DNA of 64,000 bases from an uncultured delta proteobacterium (GTDB taxonomy: Bacteria; Desulfobacterota; RBG-13-43-22). Of this stretch, positions 1 through 9,852 are shown in pieces. The stretch spans positions 128,001 to 192,000 of the forward strand of contig CAWBOS010000012.1 in NCBI GenBank assembly GCA_963790475.1, read 5' to 3'. The notes under the pieces are model-generated. The model had not been told where the DNA came from and searched no databases. It saw only the letters and a list, made by a program, of their open reading frames with translations. The translations under genes and the position numbers were made by a program. The first letter of the stretch is position 1. Each line of letters begins with the position of its first letter.

Positions 1-1083
1 ACCGGGGAAGAGGGAAAGAAAATACAGCAGCAGATGCTCGAACTCGTCAGGAAGAGTGGCATTCGGGCCATTGGCCCCAACGCCCTCAGCCCCATCAATC
101 CCCTTCACCACTTCGCCATCAGCTTCCACCCCATTGAACAGCTCAAGACCGGGGGTCTCTCCCTGATCTTCCAGTCCGGCCTTTATGAACCGCGCCTCCA
201 GTGGATGTTCTCAGCCTTTAACCTTCATCTGAACAAGCTCATCGACCTCGGCAACAAGATGGATTTGAACGAGGTGGATGCCCTGTCCTACCTTGTCTTT
301 GACCCCCTGACCCGCGTCATCGGCCTCCACCTGGAGAGCCTGGAAGGTGATGGTCGCAAATTTCTGGATCTCATCCATCAAGCCTCCGCCCTGGGGAAAC
401 GTGTAGTGGTCCTTAAATCAGGCCGCACCGAGGAAGGGGCTAAGGCCGCCGCTTCCCATACCGGGGCCATGGTCAAGGGCGATGATAGGGTTTTCGATAG
501 ACTGCTGAAGCAATGCGGGGCTATCAGGGCCTATACCATCGAGGAGTTCTTTGACCTTGCCAGGGCCCTGGAACGTTTCGGACCTCTCACCCTCAAGGGC
601 GACCGCGTCGTGGTGGCCGCCCTCCCGGGAGGGGAGGGTGTCATCATGACCGATCTCGTTCAGCAGGAGGGCATGACGATGGCCAAGACCGGGGAAAAGA
701 CCATAGAGAAACTGAGACCAATCTTTCCCCCCTGGGAGATATCGGCTAACCCCTTCGACCTCGGTGTTGCCCTGCAGTTTAATGACTCAATCCGGGTTTA
801 CGAAACCCTGGTTGCCGCCTTGAGCGAGGACGAGAACGTGGATGCCCTCCACCTCCAGATTCCTCACCAAATCCTGTTTTTGCCCAAGGAAATTTTAGAG
901 CTGTTTCACCGCGCCCCGGCCCTGGGCAAGCCTTTGGCGCTGTGGGTGGCCGGCATGGAGCCGGGAACCCATGAAACCCTGCGATGGCTGGAAGATAACG
1001 GGGTCCCCGTCTTTCCCACGCCGGAGAAGGCTATCCGGGCACTTTCTGCCCTCCATCAACTGAGCTTGTATGGAAAAGCATGA
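1..1083 (+). CDS. NDP-forming acyl-CoA synthetase alpha-type subunit (5' partial)
   Basis: Frame open from base 1 (TGEEGKKIQQQM); GPN, QSG, K-x-GRT-x-EGA-x-AAASHTGA (phospho-His) and NPFD motifs. Confidence 0.85.
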   Translation, partial: TGEEGKKIQQQMLELVRKSGIRAIGPNALSPINPLHHFAISFHPIEQLKTGGLSLIFQSGLYEPRLQWMFSAFNLHLNKLIDLGNKMDLNEVDALSYLVFDPLTRVIGLHLESLEGDGRKFLDLIHQASALGKRVVVLKSGRTEEGAKAAASHTGAMVKGDDRVFDRLLKQCGAIRAYTIEEFFDLARALERFGPLTLKGDRVVVAALPGGEGVIMTDLVQQEGMTMAKTGEKTIEKLRPIFPPWEISANPFDLGVALQFNDSIRVYETLVAALSEDENVDALHLQIPHQILFLPKEILELFHRAPALGKPLALWVAGMEPGTHETLRWLEDNGVPVFPTPEKAIRALSALHQLSLYGKA

Positions 1084-1181
1084 CCTTGAATTTCAGAAAA
1101 GAGGACGTTGTGAATGAATTGGACAATGTGCCCCAAAGTGTTTATGGTGAATCATATCGCTGAATAATAGGAGGAACAAAA

Positions 1182-1571
1182 ATGGAAAAGAGTCAAGAGC
1201 CAAACAAGGCCGAGGTCAGTCCGGAGATTATAAAAGCCTTTCATTTGATGTGGGATATGTTTCCTACTCCCGTATTCCTTTTGAGAAAAGATCGGGATAT
1301 TATAGATTTCAACCAAACAGCCAAAGACAGGGGGGTCCGTTTGGGAGGGAAGTGTTATCAATTATCCGGGGATGATTGTATTCATAAACAGTGTCTGGGA
1401 AATTCGGCTTTGGAAGAAGGGGTGGGCAAAAGATCCGTCGGCTACTATGCCCCCAGTAAACGGTTCGTGGATTCTTATTGGCTCCCCATCAAGGGCCAAA
1501 AAGATTTGTTTGTCCATTTCGCGATTGACATCACCAAATACGCCAACCCCGAACTGTTCACGACAGCCTAA
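1182..1571 (+). CDS. small PAS-like hypothetical protein with Cys motif
   Basis: Strong RBS ggaggaa; FPTPVFLL...DIIDFN...GGKCY pattern resembles PAS folds. Confidence 0.55.
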   Translation: MEKSQEPNKAEVSPEIIKAFHLMWDMFPTPVFLLRKDRDIIDFNQTAKDRGVRLGGKCYQLSGDDCIHKQCLGNSALEEGVGKRSVGYYAPSKRFVDSYWLPIKGQKDLFVHFAIDITKYANPELFTTA

Positions 1572-1595
1572 TCTTATCAAAGAAGGGAAGAAAAG

Positions 1596-2330
1596 ATGAC
1601 TTTGGAAATAAATGGCCGGATCGCTTTAGTGACCGGGGCCAGTCGGGGAATCGGCCGGGCCATCGCGCTGTCCCTGGCCAAAGCCGGCGTTGATGTGGCG
1701 GTCAATTTCCAGTTCCGTGAAAAGGAGGCCCAGGGGGTGTGCGCGGAAATCAAAAGTCTTGGCCGCCGCTCTCTGGCCGTGCAGGCCGATGTCAGCCGGG
1801 CGGAAGAGGTGAGCCGATTGGTCAAAACCATCGAGAAGGAACTGGGGACCCTGTCCATCCTTATAAACAATGCCGGGATCGCCAAACCCCGGAGCCTCGA
1901 GGAAATGACCGAAGAAGTCTGGGACGAAACGCTCAGGATCAATCTGAAATCCTGTTACCTGGTTACTGAGGCTGTCTTGCCGGGTCTCCGGGCCCAGCGC
2001 TGGGGGAGGATCATCAACCTGTCCTCGACCGCCGCCCAGGTTGGAGGGGTTGTTGGCCCTCATTATGCGGCCGCCAAGGCCGGTATCCTGGGGCTGACCC
2101 ATTCCTACGCTTCCCGGTTATTCAAAGAAGGGATCACGGTTAATGCCATATGCCCGGCCTTGATCATCACCGATATGGTCAGCGAAAATCTCAGGGCCAG
2201 ACCGGATCGCATTCCGGTCGGCCGTTTCGGGACCGTGGAAGAGGTGGCTGAAGTGGCCCTTATGCTGGCCGGCAACGGATATATGACCGGACAAACCATC
2301 CAGGTCAATGGCGGTCTTTACCAGACCTGA
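1596..2330 (+). CDS. SDR oxidoreductase (FabG-like)
   Basis: TGASRGIG, NNAG, YAAAK motifs. Confidence 0.9.
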   Translation: MTLEINGRIALVTGASRGIGRAIALSLAKAGVDVAVNFQFREKEAQGVCAEIKSLGRRSLAVQADVSRAEEVSRLVKTIEKELGTLSILINNAGIAKPRSLEEMTEEVWDETLRINLKSCYLVTEAVLPGLRAQRWGRIINLSSTAAQVGGVVGPHYAAAKAGILGLTHSYASRLFKEGITVNAICPALIITDMVSENLRARPDRIPVGRFGTVEEVAEVALMLAGNGYMTGQTIQVNGGLYQT

Positions 2331-2431
2331 TCTTTGACTATCCGGATCGATACCGGCCCACTTTTCAGATAGAGTGCACAAAGAAAGGATCGCCGTCTCA
2401 GAGGCGGTCTGTGAACATAGGGAGGCTTGAG

Positions 2432-2971
2432 ATGGTGGAGAAAGCAATGCTGGAGAAGTTGTTTAAGGATCGTGGATTTCCCGATTTCAAATGGATCGAA
2501 GCCAGGGATATCGTAGTGGCCCAGTGGGTGCGATTTCGATGCATGTTTGGTTGCCCCGCTTATGGCAAGAGAGGAACGTGTCCTCCCCATGTCCCCTCCA
2601 TTGAGGAATGCCGACAGATGATTTCAGAATATAGCCAGGTCGCGGTGTTCCATTTTGAAAAGAAAATGGAGACACCCGAGGATCGTAAAACGTGGGGCCA
2701 AGGAATTGTCTCGAGACTATTGGAGATCGAGAGAGAAGTGTTCCTTTCCGGTAATTACAAAACATTCCTTATCTCGTTTGCTTCCTGTGGGTTTTGTGAG
2801 GACTGTGCCGCTGATCGTCTGAAATGCAAGAATCCAAAAATGGCCCGCCCGGGCGCCGATGCCCTGGGCATAGACGTGTACGCGACCGTCCGCGGTATAG
2901 GTTACCCCATTCAGGTTTTGAAGAACTACGACGAACCCATGAACAGGTACGCTTTTTTGCTGATCGAGTAG
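2432..2971 (+). CDS. DUF2284-like predicted metal-binding protein
   Basis: WVRFRCMFGCPAYG...CPP, CxxCxxC, GIDVYATV; RBS ggagg before ATG 2432. Confidence 0.8.
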   Translation: MVEKAMLEKLFKDRGFPDFKWIEARDIVVAQWVRFRCMFGCPAYGKRGTCPPHVPSIEECRQMISEYSQVAVFHFEKKMETPEDRKTWGQGIVSRLLEIEREVFLSGNYKTFLISFASCGFCEDCAADRLKCKNPKMARPGADALGIDVYATVRGIGYPIQVLKNYDEPMNRYAFLLIE

Positions 2972-3118
2972 ACTCAAAACAGAAGCCTAACAGCCGGAAC
3001 GAAAAGTTATTACTAAAATAAATAAAGGGGAAAAAGGGGAAAACAAGGGGCCAAAACATAGAGCCCGGGGGTATTGGGCAAAGAAAGGACGGCAACAAAA
3101 GTTCGGAGAGGCGAAAAC

Positions 3119-4117
3119 ATGAAGATTATAAGTGTAGATGTCATGGAGCTCAAACCGCGGAATAATCCCCGCTGGCGGCTCGTTGTCTGCCGTATCAATA
3201 CCGATGAAGGCCTTTATGGATATGGCGAGGCGGCCATGGCTTACGGTGTAGGTGCCTCAGCTGCTTTCGGCATGATCAAAGACCTTTCCCGCATGATTAT
3301 CGACAAAGATCCTCTCGATAACGAAGTAATCTGGGACAGGTTATATAAAGCCACCTTCTGGGGGCAGAACGGCGGTCCGGTGATTTTCTCCGGTATCAGC
3401 GCCATCGACCTGGCCTTATGGGACATCAAGGGCAAGGCCTTCAACGTCCCCGTTTACCGGCTGCTTGGAGGCAAGAGAAGGGAGAAACTGAGATCTTATG
3501 CCAGCCAGCTTCAATTCGGCTGGGATGATGGGCTCACTTCGGTCTGGGCCACGAAAGATTACGCCGCCGTTGCCCGTAAGGCGGTAGCCGAAGGCTATGA
3601 GGCCATCAAAATCGACTTCTTTACTTATGACCGGGATGGTAAAAATTTTTCTTCCGAAGAGGCCACCCGATTACTCAAACCCTATTACCTGAACCTGATT
3701 GAGGAAAGAATTGCCGCGGTGAGAGAGGCCATAGGCCCGCAGGTCGATATCATTATAGAAGCCCATTCCGTTACCGATGCTCAGGCGGCCATCCAGATCG
3801 GAAAGAGGGCCGAGAAATATAATATCTTTGCCTATGAGGAACCTACCGCTTATGATGTAAGTGTCCAGGCGCATGTCTGTGCCAGCCCGCTTTCAACAGC
3901 CGCAGCCCTGCATTTAGAAGCGGTCATTCCTAACTTCTGCATCCATGAGCATCATGTGATCAATCTGGCTTCCTTCAACAAGGAACTCTGCCTCTACGAT
4001 TATCAGCCGGTTGACGGCTATATCGGGGTTCCGGAGAATCCGGGCCTTGGCAATGAATTATCCCCATACGCGCTGGAAACAGCCGACAGGCTGACAATAT
4101 CAAGGCCAAAAAAATAA
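3119..4117 (+). pseudogene. mandelate racemase/muconate-lactonizing enzyme family protein with an internal in-frame deletion
   Basis: GYGEA, SAIDLALWDIKGK, KID, EAH and EEP are present, but EEPT joins directly to AYDVSVQAH; the GER...QPD...GG segment is missing. Confidence 0.7.
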
Positions 4118-4174
4118 AAGTCACCTGCCTCTGGCTGTCCCTATTTTTCCGCCCGATAAAAGAGGAAAACTCTA

Positions 4175-4975
4175 ATGCCTCAATTAAACTCACCCATGGA
4201 TATTCTGAGGTTGCTGGAAAAATCAAATTGCCGCAAGTGTGGTGAACTCACCTGTCTGGCTTTTGCCGCGGCCGTGTTTAAAGGGCAAAAAAGTCTCCAG
4301 GACTGCCCTCGTCTGGACCCGGAAATTATTGAGCGGTTTAAAGCCAAACCCAAAACGGAAGGAGAGAACGACAGAGAGCTCAAGGACAGGTTGGAACGTT
4401 TAAGAAAAAGGCTTTCTATTCTGGATTTTCCCGCGGCAGCGCAAAGAACGGGCGGAAGATATGCTGATGGCAAATTGACCCTGAAAATTCTCGGGAAAGA
4501 CTTCAGTGTCGATACCCAGGGGGATTTTTCTTCGGATATTCATGTTCATGATTGGATAACCGGACCGGTTCTCAACTACGTCATTGCCGGAGCGGGAATC
4601 CCCGTTTCCGGGAGGTGGGTTCCCTTCAGGGAATTGAAAAACGGAGGGACCTGGGGGCCTCTTTTTCATCAACGATGCGAAAAGCCCTTAAAAAGGGTAG
4701 CCGATACCTATACGGATTTTTTTGAGGACATGATCCGGATATTCAACGGCCGACAAGTGGAGAATCATTATGCCTCCGATATTTCTCTGGTTCTGCATCC
4801 CCTGCCGAAAATTCCGATACTGATTTGTTACTGGAAACCGGATGAGGGGCTCGAATCCAGCCTTAACCTGTTTTTCGATTCAACGGCCGAGGACAATCTC
4901 AACATCGAATCCCTGTTTGCCCTTGGGACCGGATTGACCAGGATGTTTGAAAAGATCGGCTTGACACACGGATAA
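4175..4975 (+). CDS. Fe-S domain + DUF3786 protein
   Basis: N-terminal NCRKCGxxTCLAFA...CP; C-terminal W-x-PFREL, PLPKIP, LFFD. Confidence 0.75.
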   Translation: MPQLNSPMDILRLLEKSNCRKCGELTCLAFAAAVFKGQKSLQDCPRLDPEIIERFKAKPKTEGENDRELKDRLERLRKRLSILDFPAAAQRTGGRYADGKLTLKILGKDFSVDTQGDFSSDIHVHDWITGPVLNYVIAGAGIPVSGRWVPFRELKNGGTWGPLFHQRCEKPLKRVADTYTDFFEDMIRIFNGRQVENHYASDISLVLHPLPKIPILICYWKPDEGLESSLNLFFDSTAEDNLNIESLFALGTGLTRMFEKIGLTHG

Positions 4976-5286
4976 AAGCCAAAGAGTCTTGAAAGCAGGC
5001 CCAACAGGGGGATTCCAAGGATACAATACCTAACATACCTCTTAAACCCCAATATCAGGAATAGAGGTTCACCGCATCCCCATGTATACCAGAGCTTGGA
5101 CTGAAATATTATAGGAGCAATTTTAACAAGATTTTTTTCAATCGGCCAAGCGGAGACTTGAACCCTTTACGGTCAGGAAAACCACGAATTTAATCCGGTT
5201 GAATACTTCTCGGGAATTTGCTAACTTCCTGAGAAACTCTGCACAAAGTCAGGATGGAATCATAAAAAGGAAGGGGTCGTCTCCCT

Positions 5287-6303
5287 ATGCTTGAGAAGGA
5301 AGAAGGACTAACAATTAAACGCTATGTAAATGGCCAAGAATCAAAGAAGAGGCCCTTCTACACAAAACTCTGCCGTCTCTTGGGGATAGAATACCCCATT
5401 ATCCAAGGGGCTTTAGGCGGAATCGGAGGCCCTGATCTGGCTGCCGCTGTATCCAATGCCGGCGGACTGGGTGTCTTAGCCGCTTGGGGTCTCTCGTTGG
5501 AGCAGTTACGGCAGGCCATACAGCGGACACGAGAACTCACCACACTGCCTTTTGGGGTGAACATCATGCCCTTAAGTCCTCAATTCACCCGCTCCCGCGC
5601 AGAATTGGTGGTGAATGAAGGGATTGCCATTGTCACCACCGGCAGGGGAGATCCGAGAGAACCCATCGTCCAGTTTCTCAAGGAACGGGGAATCAAGGTC
5701 CTGGGGGTGGTGCCGACAGTAAGGCATGCCTTACGCCTGGAAGAAGAAGGTGTGGATGCACTGGTAGCCTCCGGTTGTGAGGCAGGTGGGCACGTCGGTC
5801 GTGTCGGTACGATGGCCCTCGTACCCCAGGTTGTCGATGCCGTCAAGGTTCCAGTGATCGCCGCTGGGGGTATCATCGATGCCAGGGGGTTTATGGCAGC
5901 CCTTTCCCTGGGCGCCTGCGGAGTGCAGATGGGAACGCGATTCGTGGCTACCGAAGAATCCGGGGCTTCTCTTGAGGAGAAACAGAGAATCCTTGAGGCC
6001 GTGGATGAAGACAATGTAGTGACGGAGATCTTTACCGGGAAACCGGTCAGGGTATTGACAAGCCCCCAACTCAACAGCCTCCTCCAATCCATGAAGAAGG
6101 GATTGCCCATGGAGGAGGCCCGCTCGCGCCTCATGGAATTACGGAAGAAAAAAAAAGAAAAAGATCAAGGGGTCATCAGCGTTACCTCGGGCCAGGGAGC
6201 AGGGTTGGTTCACAGGATCTTACATGCCAAGGAGGTTGTCTTGGAAATTGTGAGTGGAGGGGAGGCCCTCTACCGAAAACTTAATCCCTGGTCCATGGAA
6301 TAA
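5287..6303 (+). CDS. nitronate monooxygenase / FabK-family flavoenzyme
   Basis: LGIEYPIIQG, AVSNAGGLG, EAGGH, AAGGI, GVQMGTRF; start uncertain. Confidence 0.85.
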   Translation: MLEKEEGLTIKRYVNGQESKKRPFYTKLCRLLGIEYPIIQGALGGIGGPDLAAAVSNAGGLGVLAAWGLSLEQLRQAIQRTRELTTLPFGVNIMPLSPQFTRSRAELVVNEGIAIVTTGRGDPREPIVQFLKERGIKVLGVVPTVRHALRLEEEGVDALVASGCEAGGHVGRVGTMALVPQVVDAVKVPVIAAGGIIDARGFMAALSLGACGVQMGTRFVATEESGASLEEKQRILEAVDEDNVVTEIFTGKPVRVLTSPQLNSLLQSMKKGLPMEEARSRLMELRKKKKEKDQGVISVTSGQGAGLVHRILHAKEVVLEIVSGGEALYRKLNPWSME

Positions 6304-6350
6304 ATTTAATAAATCGAATTTAGACCGGATATATTTGTTTTTAAAAAAAG

Positions 6351-6412
6351 GGAGATTCGTAAAACTGGACGAATTGCCCGATTGAATAAGTTGTTTTAAC
6401 CCCGGCGTCCCC
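6351..6412 (+). repeat. dispersed repeat copy A (3' end of a decayed Phd/YefM antitoxin gene)
   Basis: aaaactggacgaattgcccgattgaataagttgtttta, also near 13620, 18211 and 20660. Confidence 0.8.
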
Positions 6413-6652
6413 TCTCATAATTCCCGATGAGAGCGGTCACGATTAGCCTTCAGCTTTCAAAAAAACTTTTAAAAAATGGCTTTTGCTGACTGATAACGGC
6501 TATTCGCTAATCAGGAACCCCACTAATTAAGGTCAGGTAATCCGATTTCCTTGAAATGAGGTAGCCCATTGACTCTTCTCCTTACTTGCCTTAGATTAAT
6601 TCTGTAGGTAGGCCAGGATTAGCCGAATTAGAGAATATAGAAGGAACTTCTA

Positions 6653-6973
6653 ATGGCTGAAGCGAAACCGGGTAATAAGAGCAAAGAATCTAAAGACACC
6701 AAAAATCCTCCGACCATCGATATTTATAAGACCTGGTGCAAGGGCTGCGGCCTGTGCGCCAACTTTTGTCCCACCGGGGCCCTGGCCCGGGATGAAGCAG
6801 GGTATCCCTATGTCAAAGACATTAACAAGTGCACCAACTGCGGATTATGTGAGCTCCGCTGCCCCGACTTTGCCATTACGGTCCGTAAGAAATCCAAAGA
6901 AGGAAGAAGGAAGCATGAAGAAGCCCAAAAAGCCCAAGAAGACGGGAAAGAAGGAACTGCTCCTCCAGGGTAA
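6653..6973 (+). CDS. korD: 2-oxoacid:ferredoxin oxidoreductase delta subunit (2x[4Fe-4S])
   Basis: Two CxxCxxCxxxCP motifs; first gene of the kor cluster. Confidence 0.85.
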   Translation: MAEAKPGNKSKESKDTKNPPTIDIYKTWCKGCGLCANFCPTGALARDEAGYPYVKDINKCTNCGLCELRCPDFAITVRKKSKEGRRKHEEAQKAQEDGKEGTAPPG

Positions 6974-8081
6974 CGAGGCCATCGTCGAGGGGGCCCTCAA
7001 GGCCGGCTGCCGCTTCTTTGCCGGGTACCCCATTACCCCGGCCACAGAGATTTCGGAGCTTTTGTCCGTCAAGCTGCCACGGATGGACGGCACCTTTATC
7101 CAGATGGAAGATGAAATTGCCAGCATGGGGGCTATCATCGGCGCCTCGCTGGCCGGGGTGAAATCCATGACCGCTACCAGCGGTCCCGGGTTTTCTCTCA
7201 TGCAGGAAAACCTGGGATTCGCGGCCATGGCCGAGGTGCCCTGCGTGGTGGTCGATGCCATGAGGGGAGGACCGAGCACCGGACTTCCCACCTCTCCGGC
7301 CCAAAGCGATGTCATGCAGGCCCGCTGGGGTACCCACGGTGATCATCCGATCATCGTCCTCTGCCCGTCAACGGTGAGGGGATGTTATGACCTGACGATC
7401 AGGGCCTTCAATCTGTCGGAACGATTCAGGACCCCGGTTATTCTCCTGGTAGACGAAGTGGTGGCCCACATGAGGGAGAAGATCACCCTGTCTGACGACG
7501 AACCGGTCGAGCTGTTCAACCGGGTCAGACCTGCGGTTCCGCCGGAATGGTTTATCCCCTACGAGGATACCCCGGGAGGCGTCCCGCCCATGGCCGATTT
7601 TGGGGAAGGTTACCGCTACCATGTCACCGGCTTGACCCACGACGTCCGGGGATTTCCGACCTCCCGCCCTGATGAGGTGGACCCCTTTATCCGGCGGCTC
7701 TTCCGAAAGATAAGCCAGCACTTTCCGGAAATTCAGAGCGGGGAATTTTTTCAGACCGATGATGCCGAGATGACCATTATCGCTTATGGCTGTGTGGCCA
7801 GGTCCGCCAGGAGGGCGGTCAAGGACGCCCGGGAGAGCGGAATGAAGATCGGCCTCTTGAGATTGGATACCCTCTGGCCCTTTATGAGGACCGCGGTGGA
7901 AAAGGTTCTCCAGACCTCGAAGACGATCATTGTCCCGGAGATGAACATGGGGCAGATTTCCAGAGAGGTCAAAAGGGTGAATAAGGGGTCCGCCAAAGTG
8001 GTTACCATCAACAAGGTAGACGGGTCGATTATCACCCCGGAGGAGATCCTGGAGCGTATCAGGGAGGTGGCCCATGGCTGA
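6915..8081 (+). CDS. korA: 2-oxoglutarate:ferredoxin oxidoreductase alpha subunit
   Basis: GNEA, FAGYPITP, QMEDE, TATSGPG, RGGPSTGLPT. Confidence 0.9.
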   Translation: MKKPKKPKKTGKKELLLQGNEAIVEGALKAGCRFFAGYPITPATEISELLSVKLPRMDGTFIQMEDEIASMGAIIGASLAGVKSMTATSGPGFSLMQENLGFAAMAEVPCVVVDAMRGGPSTGLPTSPAQSDVMQARWGTHGDHPIIVLCPSTVRGCYDLTIRAFNLSERFRTPVILLVDEVVAHMREKITLSDDEPVELFNRVRPAVPPEWFIPYEDTPGGVPPMADFGEGYRYHVTGLTHDVRGFPTSRPDEVDPFIRRLFRKISQHFPEIQSGEFFQTDDAEMTIIAYGCVARSARRAVKDARESGMKIGLLRLDTLWPFMRTAVEKVLQTSKTIIVPEMNMGQISREVKRVNKGSAKVVTINKVDGSIITPEEILERIREVAHG

Positions 8082-8919
8082 AGTGACCCAATTGATCCAT
8101 AAGTATCTCCGCCACGACAAAAAGTTCCCCCACGTCTGGTGCCCGGGATGCGGCATAGGGATCATGCTCGGGGCGCTCATCCGGGCCATAGACCGGTGCG
8201 GGTTCAGCAAGGATGAAGTGGTTCTCATCTCCGGAATAGGATGTACCGGGCGGCTGCCCGTTTATATCGACTTCAATACGCTTCATACCACCCACGGCCG
8301 GGCCCTGACCTTTGCCACCGGCGTCAAACTGGCCAAGCCGGGTCTCAAGGTCATTGTCGTCATGGGGGATGGAGACGCCGTGGCCATAGGCGGCAATCAC
8401 TTTATCCATGCGGCCCGAAGAAACATCAATATCTCCGCCATCATTTTAAACAACAGCGTCTATGGGATGACCGGAGGACAATATTCGCCCACCACACCTT
8501 ACGGGGCGAGGACGGCCACTTCCCCGTACACCCAGGTGGAACAGGCCTTTAATATAGCCGAACTGGCCGTGTGTGCCGGGGCCCCTTTTGTGGCCCGGGG
8601 CACGGTCTTCCATGCCCAACAACTGGACAGCCTAATGGAAAGGGCCTTTTTGAAAAAGGGCTTCTCGGTGGTCGAAGTCATATCCCATTGTCATACCCAG
8701 TTCGGCAAAATGAACCAGATGGGCTCGGCCGTGGAAATGATGACCTGGCAGAGAGACCATGCCGTTACCATGGAGAAGGCGGCCAGGTTGACCGGTGAAG
8801 AGCTGAAGGACAAATTCACCATAGGCGTGCTGGTGGATAAAGAGCTTCCGGTGTATGACGAGGAGTATGAAAAAGTGCGCGGATGGGCGAAGGAGGCAGG
8901 AGAGAAACAAGGGGTTTAG
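8074..8919 (+). CDS. korB: 2-oxoglutarate:ferredoxin oxidoreductase beta subunit
   Basis: WCPGCG, SGIGC, GDGD...NN..YGMTGGQ TPP-binding motif. Confidence 0.9.
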   Translation: MAEVTQLIHKYLRHDKKFPHVWCPGCGIGIMLGALIRAIDRCGFSKDEVVLISGIGCTGRLPVYIDFNTLHTTHGRALTFATGVKLAKPGLKVIVVMGDGDAVAIGGNHFIHAARRNINISAIILNNSVYGMTGGQYSPTTPYGARTATSPYTQVEQAFNIAELAVCAGAPFVARGTVFHAQQLDSLMERAFLKKGFSVVEVISHCHTQFGKMNQMGSAVEMMTWQRDHAVTMEKAARLTGEELKDKFTIGVLVDKELPVYDEEYEKVRGWAKEAGEKQGV

Positions 8920-9072
8920 TCGCTTAGGTAATACCATTTAAGGATTTATCTTTAACATTTTTATCCTTGCGGGCAGTTCGTTTCTCGTTACGGGTTGCTG
9001 GTTGCGGGTTAAAACCAGAAACCAGTAACCAAAATCAGTAGCGAGTAACTTGTGATGGACTTGCAAAAAGTC

Positions 9073-9149
9073 GTCACCCCGGCGAAAGCCGGGGTCCAGG
9101 AGATTTTACCTATTTAAAAACACTGGATTCCGGCTTTCGCCGGAATGAC
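9073..9149. repeat. REP-like double hairpin between korB and korC
   Basis: gtcaccccggcgaaagccggggtccag...ctggattccggctttcgccggaatgac; related copies at 36664, 43431, 50730, 57659, 62551. Confidence 0.85.
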
Positions 9150-9243
9150 AAATTCGGGTTTCGGCGACCTTTTGTGAGTTGATCACTCATAACCAGTAAT
9201 AGAAATTTCAAATAGTGGTGGATAAGGTTAAGGGAAAAAGGGC

Positions 9244-9831
9244 ATGGCTTTTAGATACGATATACGGTTGAGCGGATCCGGGGGCCAGGGGTTGATCCTG
9301 ATGGGCCTGATTCTGGCCGAGGCCATCGGGATCTATGACGGAAAATTTGTGGCCCAGACACAGAGTTACGGACCCGAGGCCCGGGGGGGCATAAGCAAAG
9401 CCGAAGTGGTGGTGAGTGATGTGGAAATAGACTATCCCAAGGCCATGGCCCTGGACCTCCTTCTCTGTATGAATGAAAAGTCCTGCGATGAGTATTACCT
9501 GGACCTGAAACCCGACGGGCTATTAATTGTAGATTCCACCCTGGTCCATCAGGTTCCGGTTCCTGAGGCCTATCAGATTCCCTTTACCCGGATCGCCCGG
9601 GATAAACTGAAAAGGGAAATGGCGGCCAATATCGTTGCCTTGGGGGCCATTACCAAATTGACCGCCATCGTTACGCCCAAGGCCTTGAAGCAGGCCGTGC
9701 TGGCCAGGGCGCCCAGGGGCACGGAGCAGCTGAACCTGGAGGCCTTAAAGGCCGGCATGAGCGCAGCAATGAAAGCCCGAAGGACAAAAGGGACACGAAT
9801 CATCAGAGAGCAGGAAGATGAAGATATCTGA
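9244..9831 (+). CDS. korC: 2-oxoglutarate:ferredoxin oxidoreductase gamma subunit
   Basis: GSGGQG, SYGPEARGG, NIVALG. Confidence 0.9.
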   Translation: MAFRYDIRLSGSGGQGLILMGLILAEAIGIYDGKFVAQTQSYGPEARGGISKAEVVVSDVEIDYPKAMALDLLLCMNEKSCDEYYLDLKPDGLLIVDSTLVHQVPVPEAYQIPFTRIARDKLKREMAANIVALGAITKLTAIVTPKALKQAVLARAPRGTEQLNLEALKAGMSAAMKARRTKGTRIIREQEDEDI

Positions 9832-9852
9832 GAAAGGTGGGAGAATCCTTTT

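Noticed and set aside
2983-3012. gcctaac after the DUF2284 stop as an attC site
   Set aside because: No convincing complementary arm or R' box.
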